Notes: a model not told the origin generated them from the sequence alone. Shown: positions 1-13,898, numbered from the stretch's first letter. The stretch is 64,000 nucleotides of DNA from Octopus bimaculoides (GCF_001194135.2 NC_068998.1:51810981-51874980); one strand, 5' to 3'. Program-made: numbers and translations.

Positions 1-1120
1 ATCAAAACGCCATTAGTAAGAAATGTAAAAGCATAAATAGAGCTTTTTATTATTATTATTATCATTTTTTTGTTTCATGGGTGAATTAAGAATACATCTT
101 ATAACATGACAGAAGAGTTACTTGCGCTTTCCAAAGTGGAATGTTTCATAACTTACCTTTTCTTCTTGGCTCTAATAATTCTTATATGTCAGCAGCCATA
201 TAAAAGATGGCAAATCACATTACTTACTCTTCATTCATCATAATTTACCATCTAACTTTTTATTGGTTGTTAGACATTCTTATAAATAATAATAAAAGAG
301 CATTCATCATTTTCATTGTTGCATGATCTTTTCAGTTGATGGATCCTAAATAAGAAAATTCAATTATCTCTCCATAGAACTTACTGTAGACAAATTCCTG
401 TTTGATTGAGATATGATTGCTCTAATATATATACCAGTATACTATATAAAAGCAAGAAATGCAATTTGTAAGGAAATTCTTGCATTTATTTTCCTGTAGC
501 AGTATAATTGAATTAAAGTAGGTGCTGGCTGGCTGGCTGGCTAGCTGTCTGTCTGGCTGGCTGGCTGGCTGGTAGATTTGTTGGTTTATGAGCTTATGAT
601 ATTAATGCTTAGCAGATGGTTTGGAATTCTGGGTATTCTGCTAAAGATTTTCTAACACATCCTTGACCGTAACCTTTAATAAGGACTTGCAAATAATTTT
701 TATTAAAAACTGAAGCCTGCAATCTTTTACTTGTCATCATCATTGTTTTACATTTATTTTTCTGTGTTAGTTCCTATAGGTTGAACCTGTTGTCCAAGCA
801 TCTAATTAGCTTTATGCAATTACAAATCATCTGGCACACACACATCACAAGGAGAATGATCCAGTTTTGTTATTGCGTGTGTCATTTTTGACCAGCGTGT
901 TTTCTTCTTTATTTTTATAGCTAGTGCCCTTTCTAGATCCTGCCATTTTACAGCATAGATTGGGTGCCTTTATTGTGCCACTGGCACTGAAACTTGATAG
1001 AATCTCAAAACGTATCTCATACATTTATCACTAAAACTTATGGTAAATATAACTTAAAATTTATCCTGAGCAGCTGCAAAAATAACCGAGTAGAAAATCA
1101 ACAATGTTTATCTTCTAATA

Positions 1121-1333
1121 TTGGTTTAAAATTTTGGCACAAGGCCAGCAAATTTGGGAGAGAGGTAAGTTGATTACACTGACCCCAGTGTTTTTTAACT
1201 AGTATTTATTTTATAGACCCTGGGAGGATGAAAGGCAAAGTCAACCTCAAGGAATTTGAACTCAGAGCATAAAGACAGATGAAATGCTGCTAAGCATTTA
1301 GCCCAGCAGAGGAGTCTGCCAGTTCAATGCCTT
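1121..1333 (-). mobile_element. Family A SINE
   Basis: Reverse complement of the same core (gatgaaaggcaaagtcaacctc...gaatttgaactcaga). Confidence 0.75.
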
Positions 1334-3481
1334 AAACTTGTTTAATGTTGATACTTAATTGGAATTAGAGTGAAAAAATTAGCAGCTAAGAATAGTGGAG
1401 GAGGTCAGGAATGTAACAAGCAGAACCAAGTGTTAGTTGAAGGACAATGGCCAAAGTGGATATAAACAACAATATTTAATGAAGCAACCCTTGCCAGGCA
1501 CCACCTTTGGTTCTTTGATGCAAACTTCCTGCTTTACAGTGATCTAGATTTAAAAATTATCAAAATTTCACGTTAATTTATGTTCTAAACAACATCCTGA
1601 TAATGACAAAGTTAGTTGAAACACAAACAAAATTAATTGACACAAAAGCAGTGTAATTCATTAGAAATATATTAATGAAAGAGTTACAGAACTACTTGTC
1701 TTAAAGAATCCATTTGAAAGCTAACTGAAATCATTGACTGTTTCCTTTGGTGTCACATCACGATAAACTAATAAGACTGTTTAGCAGAATTCTTCTTTGT
1801 ATATTTTAGTGTAACAAGGGATTTTCAATTTTGTAAAATAGCTATATCACAAGGTGGAAACAAGATTTGGGTTCTAGGAAAAGTTGACTTAATGCTTGCT
1901 TTGAAAGTTTTCTGTGTTATCGCTTAATTCTTTGTCAATCTGATCAAGTAGGCCAATGCTCAAAGTTAGTCCAGCCATGACCATATTATTCTTTTAGTTG
2001 TATTTTAAACATTATGTCGTGTATTGTTTCCTTGCTAAGGATAACAGGTGTAATTAGAGATGCAACTTCTTTTTCTAGCAGATCAAAGTACTGCATAGAG
2101 GCATTGTTATTGTTTTTGTTGTTTAGCTCCATTTCAGTCCTGTTTGAGCAGAGACTTCCATAGTTGGCTCATGGTTATTATAGACACTAGTTAGAACCAA
2201 TTTCCTCAAAGTAGTTCAGTGAACCTGGTGTTATAAGAAACTTAAGATTGATTTCAAATCATTAGGTAAAGCAACACTAGAACTTATCAAACTCAAGGGT
2301 CCTTCCAAATCAGTTGTTCAGGGTTATAGTCCTGCTTTGTTACTTGTCATGGAATGGGAAACAGTTTTCAGTTCCTTGAGGAGAATAGAGTATTGCTGTG
2401 GATGATACGAAACCTTAATTCTGCAGCATCGTTATATCATTTTGCATTGCATTAAAAGTAATTGTAATTCTCCATTCTCTGTAACCAAAAGTAATAATCT
2501 CCCTGACATTCTATTGTAATAGCACAAGCATAATGTTTATACTTAAAATACTGGATATTATAATCTAAAGGGAATACAAATGTCACTAACAATAGGTAGC
2601 TGCTTAATTGTTTCAACTTGATAACCCATACATATTGAATTTTATTTTATTATTTAATCTAACGATATTTCCTTCTAGCCTCTGCTTGTTATTCATTTCA
2701 TTGTTTTATGTTGTTGCTTTCCTCCAACAATGTTTTAAAATATTATATTTGCATTGTATCTTTTGTATTCACAATCCTTTTAATTTTCCTCTAAAATCTT
2801 CATTTAACGTCGTCGATAATTCTACTGACATTATAATAAGATGTCTCCAAAATGATTTATCAGAAATATTCATTGCAATGCAAGCTAAAATAATTTAATT
2901 ACATTAAAACAACGAATAGTTCAGAATAAAGATACCTACTGCAATTGCAAATAATAGCAACAAGAATTATTAACTGAGCTTAGAATATCAAAATCCTTTT
3001 CAGTGTAAATAACACAACCTTCTTTTCAATATTTAATGTTTTATAGTTACACATGATACTTTTACATAACTAAAATAATTACTGTCACATAACATTTTTG
3101 TCTTAATGATTTTACTTCTGTTTGTTTCTATAATTGTCAGCTTCATAAAAACACATTCAGATTTTATTCTTTTGTTTTTATATTTTCTTTTTCTGGTAAC
3201 ATAATAAGTCTTGTGTGTGTATGTGTGTGTTTTGGATTTTCTTGCTTTTATTTATTTATTATTTATTGTTTTTTTTGTTCATTTTAAATTGAGACTTAAT
3301 GCATCTCACTTCCTGTATATGCCAATTTTTATATTGGTTTGTGACTGCAAGAAACTGTCCTACTTTGCAACGATTCCTGATCATCACTGAGTTTTCTTTT
3401 GCTAAGTGCCAACTATTGATTTATGCTATCATAGAATTAAACTCTAAACAGTGTCTCTGCAAAAGCTGTAAATTTGTTTTC

Positions 3482-3482
<1 letters not shown>

Positions 3483-3523
<41 letters not shown>
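3483..3523 (+). repeat. Poly(A) run, ~41 nt
   Basis: Read directly. Confidence 0.9.
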
Positions 3524-3528
<5 letters not shown>

Positions 3529-4673
3529 GGAAAAAAAAGTATTTCTTTCCAAGTGGGAACTATTTCAAAGTGCTTTGCCTGCAATTTTTCTTTTCGGAAC
3601 AGTTCTCTATTCCATCACCTTTCTACACAGTACCTTTGCAGTTTTAGTGTCTGAAACAGTTATGTGTTTCTTACTCTAAACTCTGTAGCATTGTTTGCAA
3701 ACCACTTCAAAGTTACCAGAACACTTTTCCCAATGTTTGAATTTAGGATCTTAAAAAGAAATACAAAGTATTTTTATTTTGAAAATTTCTTTGTATTGAT
3801 ACTGAGACTAGATTAAACATCCTTTACTTAACAATTTATCATTTCAACACACAAACGTTTTAGACTGCATACGTACAGCAAATGTTTTTTAAAAGCCGAA
3901 GCAACAGTGTATCTGTAGGTCAAGAGGCTTTATATGAAAAGTTGCTGAGTGTGTCTAGGGCCACTCAGGTGGATCATTGCTATTATCATTTCATTTAGTG
4001 TTTATATGTTCTAATTGGGAACAAGGTCAAGTTTGCTTTTCATCCTTTCAGGATAACAGTTGAGCACTGGGGTTGATGCAATCAACCAGTTCCCTTCCAC
4101 AGAAAGAAGAAGAAAAATTCAGGCCTTGTACTTATAGTAGGCAAAATTAATATTTAACGTCCAGCCCATAGCAGCATTGAAAATTTGAAAATAGATGCTA
4201 AATGAAGAGGTTTGATGATCCAGCTTGTGGGCCAAGATTCACTGAACAATCTTTCACACATAATCTCTGACCCATAGATACACATTGTCGCTTTCCTCTC
4301 TCCCTCTCTCCCTCTCTCTATCTCTCTCTCTTTGACTACTGCAAGTACAAAAGCCTTTTGTTTCTCTGGAGTTGCTAGCTGTGTAACCTCCTCCATCCAA
4401 TCCTAAACCTATCTGGTCACTGCCAGCATCTCCTGTCACCTGGGCTACTCATTCACCACTGTTTAGTTCTCAGATTTCTCAGTGTCACACTTCTAGAATT
4501 ATCATCTCACTTTTTTTTCTTTTCCTTTCTTTTTTTTATTATTATTTTAATGAGATAATAGTTCAAAGAAGTTCAAACTAAACAAGATCATTTTAGTAAA
4601 TTTCACTAGTCTTGCAGTACCTGCAAAGGTTATGAGCACAACCTGTCTTCCTGACAACGCTTTTTTTTTTCTG

Positions 4674-4798
4674 NNNNNNNNNNNNNNNNNNNNNNNNNNN
4701 NNNNNNNNNNNNNNNNNNNNNNNNNNNNNNNNNNNNNNNNNNNNNNNNNNNNNNNNNNNNNNNNNNNNNNNNNNNNNNNNNNNNNNNNNNNNNNNNNN
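4674..4798. other. Assembly gap (N)
   Basis: N run. Confidence 1.
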
Positions 4799-5599
4799 CA
4801 TTTTTGTTTTTTCTCTTTAATTGGTACCAAAACGAAAAGTGAAAATAATTAATTTGAAAATTTGTTGACATTAGAATTTCAGATTATTTGATATCATTCT
4901 GATACTGAAAGGTAAAAATTCTAATGCAATATCTTAAATTTAAAAAATTTATTTTTTTAAATTCATGAAGTAAATAATAAAAATATAATGAGATCTTTAA
5001 ACTTTAGGAAATTATATTAAACTATTACAAAAAAAAAAAAAGAACCTTCATAAATAATTTTTGTTTTTAATTAAATGTAACAGATCAGAAGAAATAAGTT
5101 ATAATTAACCATTAAATGGTAGTATGTTGTAGGAACTTCTCTGTTGGTTATCTAATTTACTGGTAAACTCTATTTAACCTAAAACTCAATGATTCACTGA
5201 TATAGTCTGTTCTATACTATAATATGAACAACTCACAGTAGTATAGTTGACTTTAAACTGTGCTCTGGTTATTGGTTTCAAATTTTGGCTCAAGGCCAGC
5301 AATTTCTGGGGAGAGGGTAAGTCTTTTAAAATTCAATGAATTGGCCTAACATTTTTGAAAAGTTGTTGCCATCAATGACTGTCTGGAGGACTTCCTCTCA
5401 GAAGAACCCATGATCCAAATTATTCTAAACATAATTATCCCCTATTTTAACATGTATTGACAACATTATTATTCAGTATATCCTTCCTTGTTTAAAACAG
5501 TTGTTTTTGATTTGAAATTTGGTTGCTATTTCTAGCAGGTGAAGCAATTGCATAGAGGTTCTCTCATTGACAGGTCTTTAACAATCCATTCTACTATAG

Positions 5600-5795
5600 A
5601 CACAGGGCCTGAAATTTGGTGGGTTGGGGTTTAGTCAATTATATTGATCCTAGTACTCAACTGCTATTTATTTTATTGACCCCAAAAGGATGAATGACAA
5701 AATCAGCTTTGGCTAGATTTGAACTCAGAGTCTAAAGGTGTTAGAAATGCTGCTAAGAATTTTTTCTGATGTGCTAGCAGTTCAGCCAGCTCATT
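5600..5795 (-). mobile_element. Family A SINE
   Basis: ttattgaccccaaaaggatgaatgacaaaatcagc...gatttgaactcagag. Confidence 0.7.
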
Positions 5796-7269
5796 TGTCT
5801 TTAATAATAAACACAGATAGCTCCAGAGAGCAGCATGAATGAATGGGATATAATTCATGGGAGGGCTCTAGATAGCAGCGTGAACATATGGGATTTAATA
5901 AGGGAGTTAATAAAGTAGACAAGGTAACATATATCTCTTTGGTTCATCACTTTCAAACATTCTTGCCATGCAAAATTGCTTTCTATAAAGGTCAAGACCA
6001 ATAATTAGTTGTCAGTCAACATTAACATTATTGTTGTGCTGTTTCAGTTAATTTTCGTTTTATCTGACTGTAGTGCAAGTGTCGTACACTCAAGCATTGA
6101 TGTTTTGTCTGCGATTGTTCAAGCATTCCTCCTGTGGCATCCATCATTCCCCTCGTCTTTCTTACTGGTCTTCAGCAGGAATTAGAATAATTAAGGTTGA
6201 CAATAATAGGGTTTAATTACATATATAAAAGATAATGAATGATAGATAGGGACCTTGACTAGAAAATAGTTTTGTTGATACATTTAACTTAATTTTGAAA
6301 TGAAGGAAGAAGACATTAAACAAACAATGATGATGATGATGATGATGATAGCTATATTCTAATATTCACATTATTTTCCCAATGAATAGTAATCAAGTGT
6401 TGATTGGAAATAGACATCTGCTATTTTCATCTTTTAATAGCTTTCATTCATTTTTGCTGTCGCATATTTATATATTTTATATTTTTTAATAAGCAAATTG
6501 CATTCTTCCTTCAAACAGCATTACTGTTCCACCATACTATTTAACAGCTGATGTAAGCTATTCCTCTTTTTCCTCTTTTTCCCCTATCTCTCTTTCTCTA
6601 TCCCTCTTCTCTCTCTTTCTCTCCTCTCCCCTCTTTCTAATAAATTTTGTTGATTGATTATCATTAAAGAAGTGTGTCTTTAACTTTTTTTTTTTGTTCT
6701 TGATATCGATCTGATAAAAAGGCCCAACGGTTTTATGGAGACTCAAGAGAAGTTCCTGCAGAGTAACTTTGAATTGATTTAATCTTAACTACCATTTATC
6801 AGTTTTGTATGTGGAGCATCAGTGCAAGAGTTTTAATATCCAGCATGTTTATTTGCTTCTGATAAATTTCCAACCATTTTTTAAATGCTTTTGATGTGTT
6901 GTCATATCTTTGGTGGAGTCGGGAATGGCGGATCAGAAACTGAATTAAAATTTTGACAGGATTTCAGTGATGAAATAACAACCAGTAAAAATGATTTTGT
7001 TGTGGTCGTTAGCCTCCTAGTCAACTATTTTATCTTTTGATGAGCAAGGGGGCTGTATAGTGCTACATTAGCTAATGTCACCTTCCATTTTCAAAAATAA
7101 TAATAAATAAATTGAAGACATAATTTGAGAGTGAATTGATTGCTATTTCTAATAAGTCACGTTAACATGCAAAGCTCGCTTATTAGCTCATAAGATGTTT
7201 TAGTTGATGTGCATTCCCAACCAAATATTAAAAACAAATTATGACAAAGTAAAACAGCCCTTCTATTTT

Positions 7270-7590
7270 CTTTTTTATCTTTCACTAGTTTCAGTCATTG
7301 GATTGCAACTATGCTGTTGAACCACCTTTAAGGGTTTTTAGCCAAATTAATTGACCCCAATACTTGATTTTTCTGTTTTCAAAGTCTAGCACTTATTCTG
7401 TCTGTCTCTTGTGTTGGTTTGCTAAATTATAGGGACGTAAGCTAACCAACACTGGTTGTCAAGCAGTTTTGGGTGAACTAACACACAAGCACACACAACC
7501 GGATTCTTTTAATTTCTTTCTATCAAATCCACTCACATAGCTTTGGTTGTGAAGTAAACTTCTTACCACTCAACCATGTCTGTGCCTACA
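7270..7590 (-). mobile_element. Family B SINE
   Basis: tttcagtcattggattgc...caacactggttgtcaagc...ctatcaaatccactcac. Confidence 0.7.
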
Positions 7591-8389
7591 TACACTTTAT
7601 ATATGTAGTACATTTATTCAATATATTGATTGGGAAAGTGTGAATGTTTTGAATGAAACGACATCTAAAATTTTCAATGTAAGATTATATCAATCATTAG
7701 AAGACCCATTCTGAAACCAAAAATAAAATCTCAACTACTGATGGGATTGAAACTGCTTATCTATTGTTCACTGAGCAGTCATGTTACCTATTTCATACAT
7801 GATGTCTTTCAATCCTTCTATAATTACCTACTTAACTCAAGTCTGCCATTATAGTTTTATTATTTATTTTGATACTAAATTGAGGTATTCATAAAATTTC
7901 ACTGATAAAGATAAAATAGCAACAGCAGCTACATGCATGGAAGCACCATTTAATAATGCATAAACCTTGAAAGTGTATCAGTGACCAAGTCGTAGTCACG
8001 CAATGAAAATTTCAACACCTCATCATCTAAATTTAAATATTAAAGCCACATGAAATGAATTTAATTTAAATGGTATTTAACAGCTTTCTCTGATATTAAA
8101 TGGTTCTTCTATGATATAGTTTCCTTGCATCCAACGCACTGTCTCAGATCAAGTCACTTGCTAGACAAGTATAACACCAAAACTAAATAAATCAATAAAA
8201 AGCAGAAAAATGGGATAAAAGTACATAGCTTTGAGATGGAGGAATTGGCAGGTCCTGTAGTGCAATCCATCACATAATTTCTCAATAAGCAAAAGACATG
8301 TTGTTCAGATCCCATCGTTTCAGACAGCTTCCTCTTTCATGTCTCAAATTGTTTCTAGTAACGGTTGATACTGTTTAAGAAGACTGATT

Positions 8390-8513
8390 TCTTCTTCTTC
8401 TTCATCGTCTTCTTCGTCTTCTTCGTCTTCTTATTCTTCTTCTTCTTCTTCTTCTTCTTCTTCTTCTTCTTCTTCTTCTTCTTCTTCTTCTTCTTCTTCT
8501 TCTTCTTCTTCTT
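8390..8513. repeat. (TTC)n microsatellite running into a gap
   Basis: Read directly. Confidence 0.95.
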
Positions 8514-8982
8514 NNNNNNNNNNNNNNNNNNNNNNNNNNNNNNNNNNNNNNNNNNNNNNNNNNNNNNNNNNNNNNNNNNNNNNNNNNNNNNNNNNNNNNN
8601 NNNNNNNNNNNNNNNNNNNNNNNNNNNNNNNNNNNNNNNNNNNNNNNNNNNNNNNNNNNNNNNNNNNNNNNNNNNNNNNNNNNNNNNNNNNNNNNNNNNN
8701 NNNNNNNNNNNNNNNNNNNNNNNNNNNNNNNNNNNNNNNNNNNNNNNNNNNNNNNNNNNNNNNNNNNNNNNNNNNNNNNNNNNNNNNNNNNNNNNNNNNN
8801 NNNNNNNNNNNNNNNNNNNNNNNNNNNNNNNNNNNNNNNNNNNNNNNNNNNNNNNNNNNNNNNNNNNNNNNNNNNNNNNNNNNNNNNNNNNNNNNNNNNN
8901 NNNNNNNNNNNNNNNNNNNNNNNNNNNNNNNNNNNNNNNNNNNNNNNNNNNNNNNNNNNNNNNNNNNNNNNNNNNNNNNNNN
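8514..8982. other. Assembly gap (N)
   Basis: N run between (TTC)n and (TA)n. Confidence 1.
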
Positions 8983-9015
<33 letters not shown>

Positions 9016-9034
9016 CATATATAAGATTTGCCAA

Positions 9035-9445
9035 TGATGTTGTTGTTTATCTCCAGCTTAGCTCCTCACTATACAAACCTATGATCAATGACATTCCAGC
9101 CATGACCATGTTACCTTAGGCAGTAAGTCAACAGAATCCTTATTGTGTCAGTCAAAATACCTGTGGTATTTAGTTACACCCCTTTCCATTTATGAATTCA
9201 GGTCCCGATAATATCAACTTTACCTTTCATCCTTTTGCAGTCGACAATATAAAGCCCCAGCCCACTAATCCGTATATATTTGCTGTTCTCCTGAAGCATC
9301 CTACGTGTGAATGGAATTCTAATAGGAGAGTGAAGACCATCCCCTCCTATTGCATGTTGACCACATTGAACAATGTGTTCTGAGGTAGTAAAGTGTGATT
9401 TGGGGAGCATTTAGCTGCTATTTCTAGCTAATAAAGAGGCTCATA
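9035..9445 (-). mobile_element. Family E interspersed repeat with (CAA)n tail (representative copy)
   Basis: Motifs cattccagccatgaccat and gatttg...gctgctatttctagc recur more than 10 times, e.g. ~5520, 12320, 24860, 43900, 46350, 48600, 50720, 52350, 60130 and 60450. Confidence 0.6.
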
Positions 9446-9718
9446 CAATTATGTGTCACATGCACTAAGCATTTTATGAGACAGAATTGATCGATTTAAA
9501 ATTCTGTTTAATTCAGTTTAGTTATTATTGCACGCAAATACACCAAAAAGTATACACATAAACACAGGAATTAAGACTTGTGAATATGAAGCTCACTTCA
9601 TTCATTTATATGTAAAAGTATAATTAAATAACAATACTTAGGAAATCATGTTGCTGGATCTTAATATTCATTTAACCTGATTAAAATCCTGTTTTATTTG
9701 CAAATTTTTTTCCGTCAG

Positions 9719-9809
9719 TGTTTAACACTTTTGAGGCCAACATATTTGATTTTGATTCAAAGCTGCCAGATTCTGATATTGATATTAAAGCTTTCAATAA
9801 TAATTTTAG
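9719..9809 (+). CDS. DGKZ: Probable upstream DGK coding exon: xFNTFEANIFDFDSKLPDSDIDIKAFNNNF(R)
   Basis: Acceptor caaattttttttccgtcag|, consensus donor AG|gtaagt; 91 nt. Ends in phase 2, matching the 11260 exon and giving NFR|KAISKS (aromatic-R-K-A-I, as recalled for DGKI). No homology recognised for the exon body. Confidence 0.6.
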
Positions 9810-10480
9810 GTAAGTTACATTCCAAATGCCAGCTTTTTAATGATAGCGGCAAGGGGCTCTGTTGGTTTATGTTGGCCGTTTAAATGTACGTGTGTATGTG
9901 CAAGTCTGGGCATGACCTTTTCACATAGACTGGCAGTTTATTCATGCATGCAAGTCTCCCTTTTCTACTTGGGTTGATACATTTTGGCACTGTTGTTGCA
10001 GACTTTGCTGCCAGAACACAAAGAAACAGAACAAATATCCACAAAACATATCACTTGATCCTCTAATAGTCCTGCCAATGCAGTGCCCTTGATTTTTTAT
10101 CAACCCTGAAATAGTGAAAGGTAAAGTTTGCCTCGGTGGAGTTTGAACTTCTCATGCAGAGAGTTGGAACAAATACCACAAGGCATTTTACCCTGTGCTC
10201 TAAACATTCTACCAATTCTGTTAAAGAAAAATTCAATTAACATCTAAATTTTTGATTATTTCCAAAATAAACTTGAGCATATTTGCCGTATAGGTCATTA
10301 GGATTGCAGTCACAAAAGGGATCAATAGACAGTTTTGATTGTGACCCCTTCTCAGGGATCTTTCAAGCACTTTTAATAAATCCTCCTCTGCTACCTTTTC
10401 AATACTGCAGCTCCATATGATGTCTGTCTGGTACTGGATACCGTCTTTCTAATATCATTTTGAATAATGCTATTCTTAAG

Positions 10481-10558
10481 AATTTCAAAAGGAAAAGAAG
10501 AAAAGACTTTCGGTCATGTAACTACTGCTGATTACCGTAGTCTTTATGTACCTAACAG
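10481..10558 (+). CDS. Possible symmetric cassette exon or alternative first coding exon (from ATG 10467): ISKGKEEKTFGHVTTADYRSLYVPN(R)
   Basis: Donor CAG|gtgact in phase 2; 78 nt open in the DGK frame. AAG acceptor is weak; in-frame ATG at 10467 follows an in-frame TGA at 10461. Confidence 0.3.
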
Positions 10559-11259
10559 GTGACTGAGTGCCAATTTGCTACCATATTCTAATAGTGCAAA
10601 TGGCAATTAATAAATATAACTATGGTTTTTTTATGTCTTACTCCAAGGAAGAAGAGCAGGGCTTGTAACACTTTTCCAGGTTCTCTGGGACTGGTCAGAG
10701 AAAATGACAAAGTTCTCCCCAAACTGGAGATCGGATTTTGGTGTTTGCAACTAAGTATGTTCCAAGGATCACAGAGTTGTATTGAACTAAATAATAGATT
10801 ACATCTAACCAAATTTTACACACATTCTAATAACTCTGCCACCTCTCTTCTTTGTTAAGTATATTAACACAATCACATTCCATTCCAAGCTAATTTCTCT
10901 TGGATTTTATGTTTCAAAAGCTTCTCCTCCTATCAACTATTTGAGTATCTCTCTCAATAAATACATTTTTATTTTCATTACACAGACCTTTTAAGCATCA
11001 AATTTTTGTTATGTACATTTTATATCAAAAGAAATTTATTTTCCAACAATTTATGATGATTCATCTCATCTTTGGAACTTGGTTTGCTGTTTAACTTCAC
11101 AGGTGACTTTCTCTATTGAAGCTATCATATGTACTAATTACTATATTTTGATATTAACTTGATTACTTCTCTTCTCGTTAACTAATAATGTATATTAGGT
11201 TTTTTTTGTTTTTCATTCATCAATGAGTAATTATTCTTTTGATAATTTGTCTTTTACAG

Positions 11260-11365
11260 GAAAGCAATTTCAAAGAGCAACTTCAGTCATACCAATTATT
11301 TACATCCTAACCATGCTGATCATGGTTACCGAAAACGGGATCTGCGCTCAACTATCGATTGGTCG
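11260..11365 (+). CDS. DGKZ: Diacylglycerol kinase zeta/iota (type IV, rdgA-like) coding exon: (R)KAISKSNFSHTNYLHPNHADHGYRKRDLRSTIDWS
   Basis: Acceptor ttgtcttttacag|G, donor TCG|gtaggt; 106 nt, phase 2 to phase 0, open frame. Matches recalled human DGKZ RKAITKSG...QIRSTVDWS at both ends. Confidence 0.9.
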
Positions 11366-11699
11366 GTAGGTGATATAAACTTTTTTTTTTCTTTTTACAA
11401 AGAAACTCTATCTAATGTTAGTTTTGACATTAGACTTGAGTTATTCAATACCAATATAAAATCGTAGCACTCCGTCGGTTACGACGACGAGGGTTCCAGT
11501 TGATCCAATCAATGGAACAGCCTGCTCATGAAATTAATGTGGCCAAAGAAATCCTGCCTCATTGAATTCCATATGACCCATGCAAATGTGGAAAAATTCG
11601 ACATTAAAATGATGAAGAAGCTACTGCCAACAGAGGAAGAGGAGGAAGCTGTGCCAGTCTGCTTCAGTACAGTATATTTCCACTTGTTACAATACCTTG

Positions 11700-11985
11700 G
11701 ACACTAAGGTCGTGAATTTGAAAACCGGTGGCACATTGTGTCCTTGAGCAAGACACTCTATTTCACATTGCTCCAGTCTACTCGGCTGGCGAAAATGTGT
11801 AGTGCCTGTATTTCAAAGGACCAGCCTTGTCACATTCTGTATCACACTGAATCTCCCTGTGAACTACATTAAGGTTTTGCACGTCTGTGGAATACTCAGC
11901 CACTTACACATTAATTTCACAAACTGGCTGTTCTGTTGATCAGATCAACTGGAACCCTCATCATCCGAATTGATGGAGTGACAGC
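11700..11985 (+). mobile_element. Family C SINE
   Basis: tRNA-like head, ttgtgtccttgagcaagacact block and gttgatcagatcaactggaaccctc tail; other copies at 11465-11541 (-), 26388-26486 (+) and 29648-29853 (-). Confidence 0.75.
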
Positions 11986-13056
11986 ACCTTGGTGCTTATA
12001 GTACCTTTCTTCATGAGGTCCACCATACTAGGATCAGACTTCACCATTTGCCCATTTCTCCCTCTGCTTTCCTGTTTTACTGGCTTCTACCACTTGGATT
12101 CTTTACTCAACTGTCATTAAATGGTTAATGTTTTTGTAGATGCTTTGTCCCGAGTCACATCTATGTGAGCACATCTTTGATATGATTAAAAGCCTCCCAT
12201 TTGTGAATGAACATCTCTTTCTCTCCTACATCCTGACTTAATTTATTTGTAGGGCTATGTTTTCTAAACTATCTCTCACTTTTTTAAGAAATTAGGCTAC
12301 AATTGGAAGAAGACATAGCTGCTATTCCTTGCTTGTTAAATATCTATGTAGAGGCTTTCTCATTGGTTCCTCAAATATGAATGTGACCGAATATACATAC
12401 ATTTATAGCAGAAACATTGTTACCATGTATGATGATGATGATGATGATGTTTGTTTACAATAAATATATATTGGAAAAACTTCGGAAATTTTATGTTCAA
12501 TGCCTTTAGTGTTATATGCTATGATACCTATCATTAATTACATTTAAATTCTTTCTTATCTTCTCATATATCAACTTACTTTTAAAAACACATATTAAAA
12601 ACAGATATTATTTTTCATATTATCATACATTCCATACAATTTTTATTCATTTCAGCATATTCTTTTATTCAGAAAAAATAAATATTTTGAAACTATCAAA
12701 TTTAACACTTTTTTTGATGCAGTTTTATGAAAGTAATTGCATTGTGCTAGAGTCCTCGTAGGCATTTAAAACAAAAACGTGCACATATAATTTGGTTGTG
12801 TTTGTAATAGCATTATATGTATAAATGTGTGTGTGTATGTGTGTGCTTATATATTAACTGTATATCTTGATTGTTGATCAAGTAGATCATGACTCATAAA
12901 GTACTCAATGTGTTATAGGTACAGAATCAATATTTCTTTTACTAACCATGGGATGCCTTCTTGATGTACAACTGTTTTAAATACTGTCTTGCCATTTTTC
13001 GAAGTCCAGACTGAATATATGATGGAACCAGAAGTGTGTGTGTGTATACATATACA

Positions 13057-13173
<117 letters not shown>

Positions 13174-13335
13174 CAAAAGGGTGACTATGTGGTAATACAG
13201 AGCTTCTCAAACAGGGTGGTACTACCTTCTCCTAGCTGGCTGTGGAAAATTACTGATCAGAATTGGTTTTTAACTTTTAAATTACTTTCAATATAACATT
13301 ATGATAAACAGCTGCTTGTTACCCACAATCAAAAC

Positions 13336-13370
<35 letters not shown>

Positions 13371-13850
13371 TAATAATAGTCTTTGAGATGTGAATATGTA
13401 TACAAACAAAACTGAATATATATATATCACTTCACTGGTAACAGTAAAGGGATAGAGCAGTGAAGAAGGGAAAGAATGGGGAACAAGGGAAAAGGAGGAA
13501 GGTGAAATGATGCCAAGAAGGTCAAAGTTAAGTAGATGGCTAAATTTGGTAGTTGCCCCCCCCCCCCTAAAAAAAAAGGGGGGCAACATTCTTCACTTTC
13601 ATCATTATGTTATGTTGTCTTCACACCAATCCTGGCACTTCTTGAGAGAACTGCAGTACTTGCAGGATACTACTGGGCTCTTGTTATGTAATATCACCAT
13701 CTCTCTCTCTCTCACTCTCTCTCTCCCTTTCTCTCTCTCACTCTCTCTCCCTTTCACCAATGTCTACTTTTCTTTAATGAGCTCAACCCACTTACAAATG
13801 GTGTTATCTTCACGTAACTGACTATATACGTTGGCTTGAAGTCTCATTCT

Positions 13851-13898
<48 letters not shown>

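Noticed and set aside
8355-9034. Longest ORFs in the track (195-219 aa) and those at 4547-4871 and 21864-22103
   Set aside because: They run through N gaps and microsatellites and are artefacts.
10648-10754. Exon-like stretch RKKSRACNTFPGSLGLVREND... with acceptor and gtatgt donor
   Set aside because: 107 nt ending in phase 1; none of the nearby AG choices keeps the frame into the 11260 exon.
11085-11108. ttaacttcacag|gtgact as a donor or recursive site
   Set aside because: In-frame TAA immediately upstream rules out a coding exon; the pyrimidine tract and donor are weak for a ratchet point.
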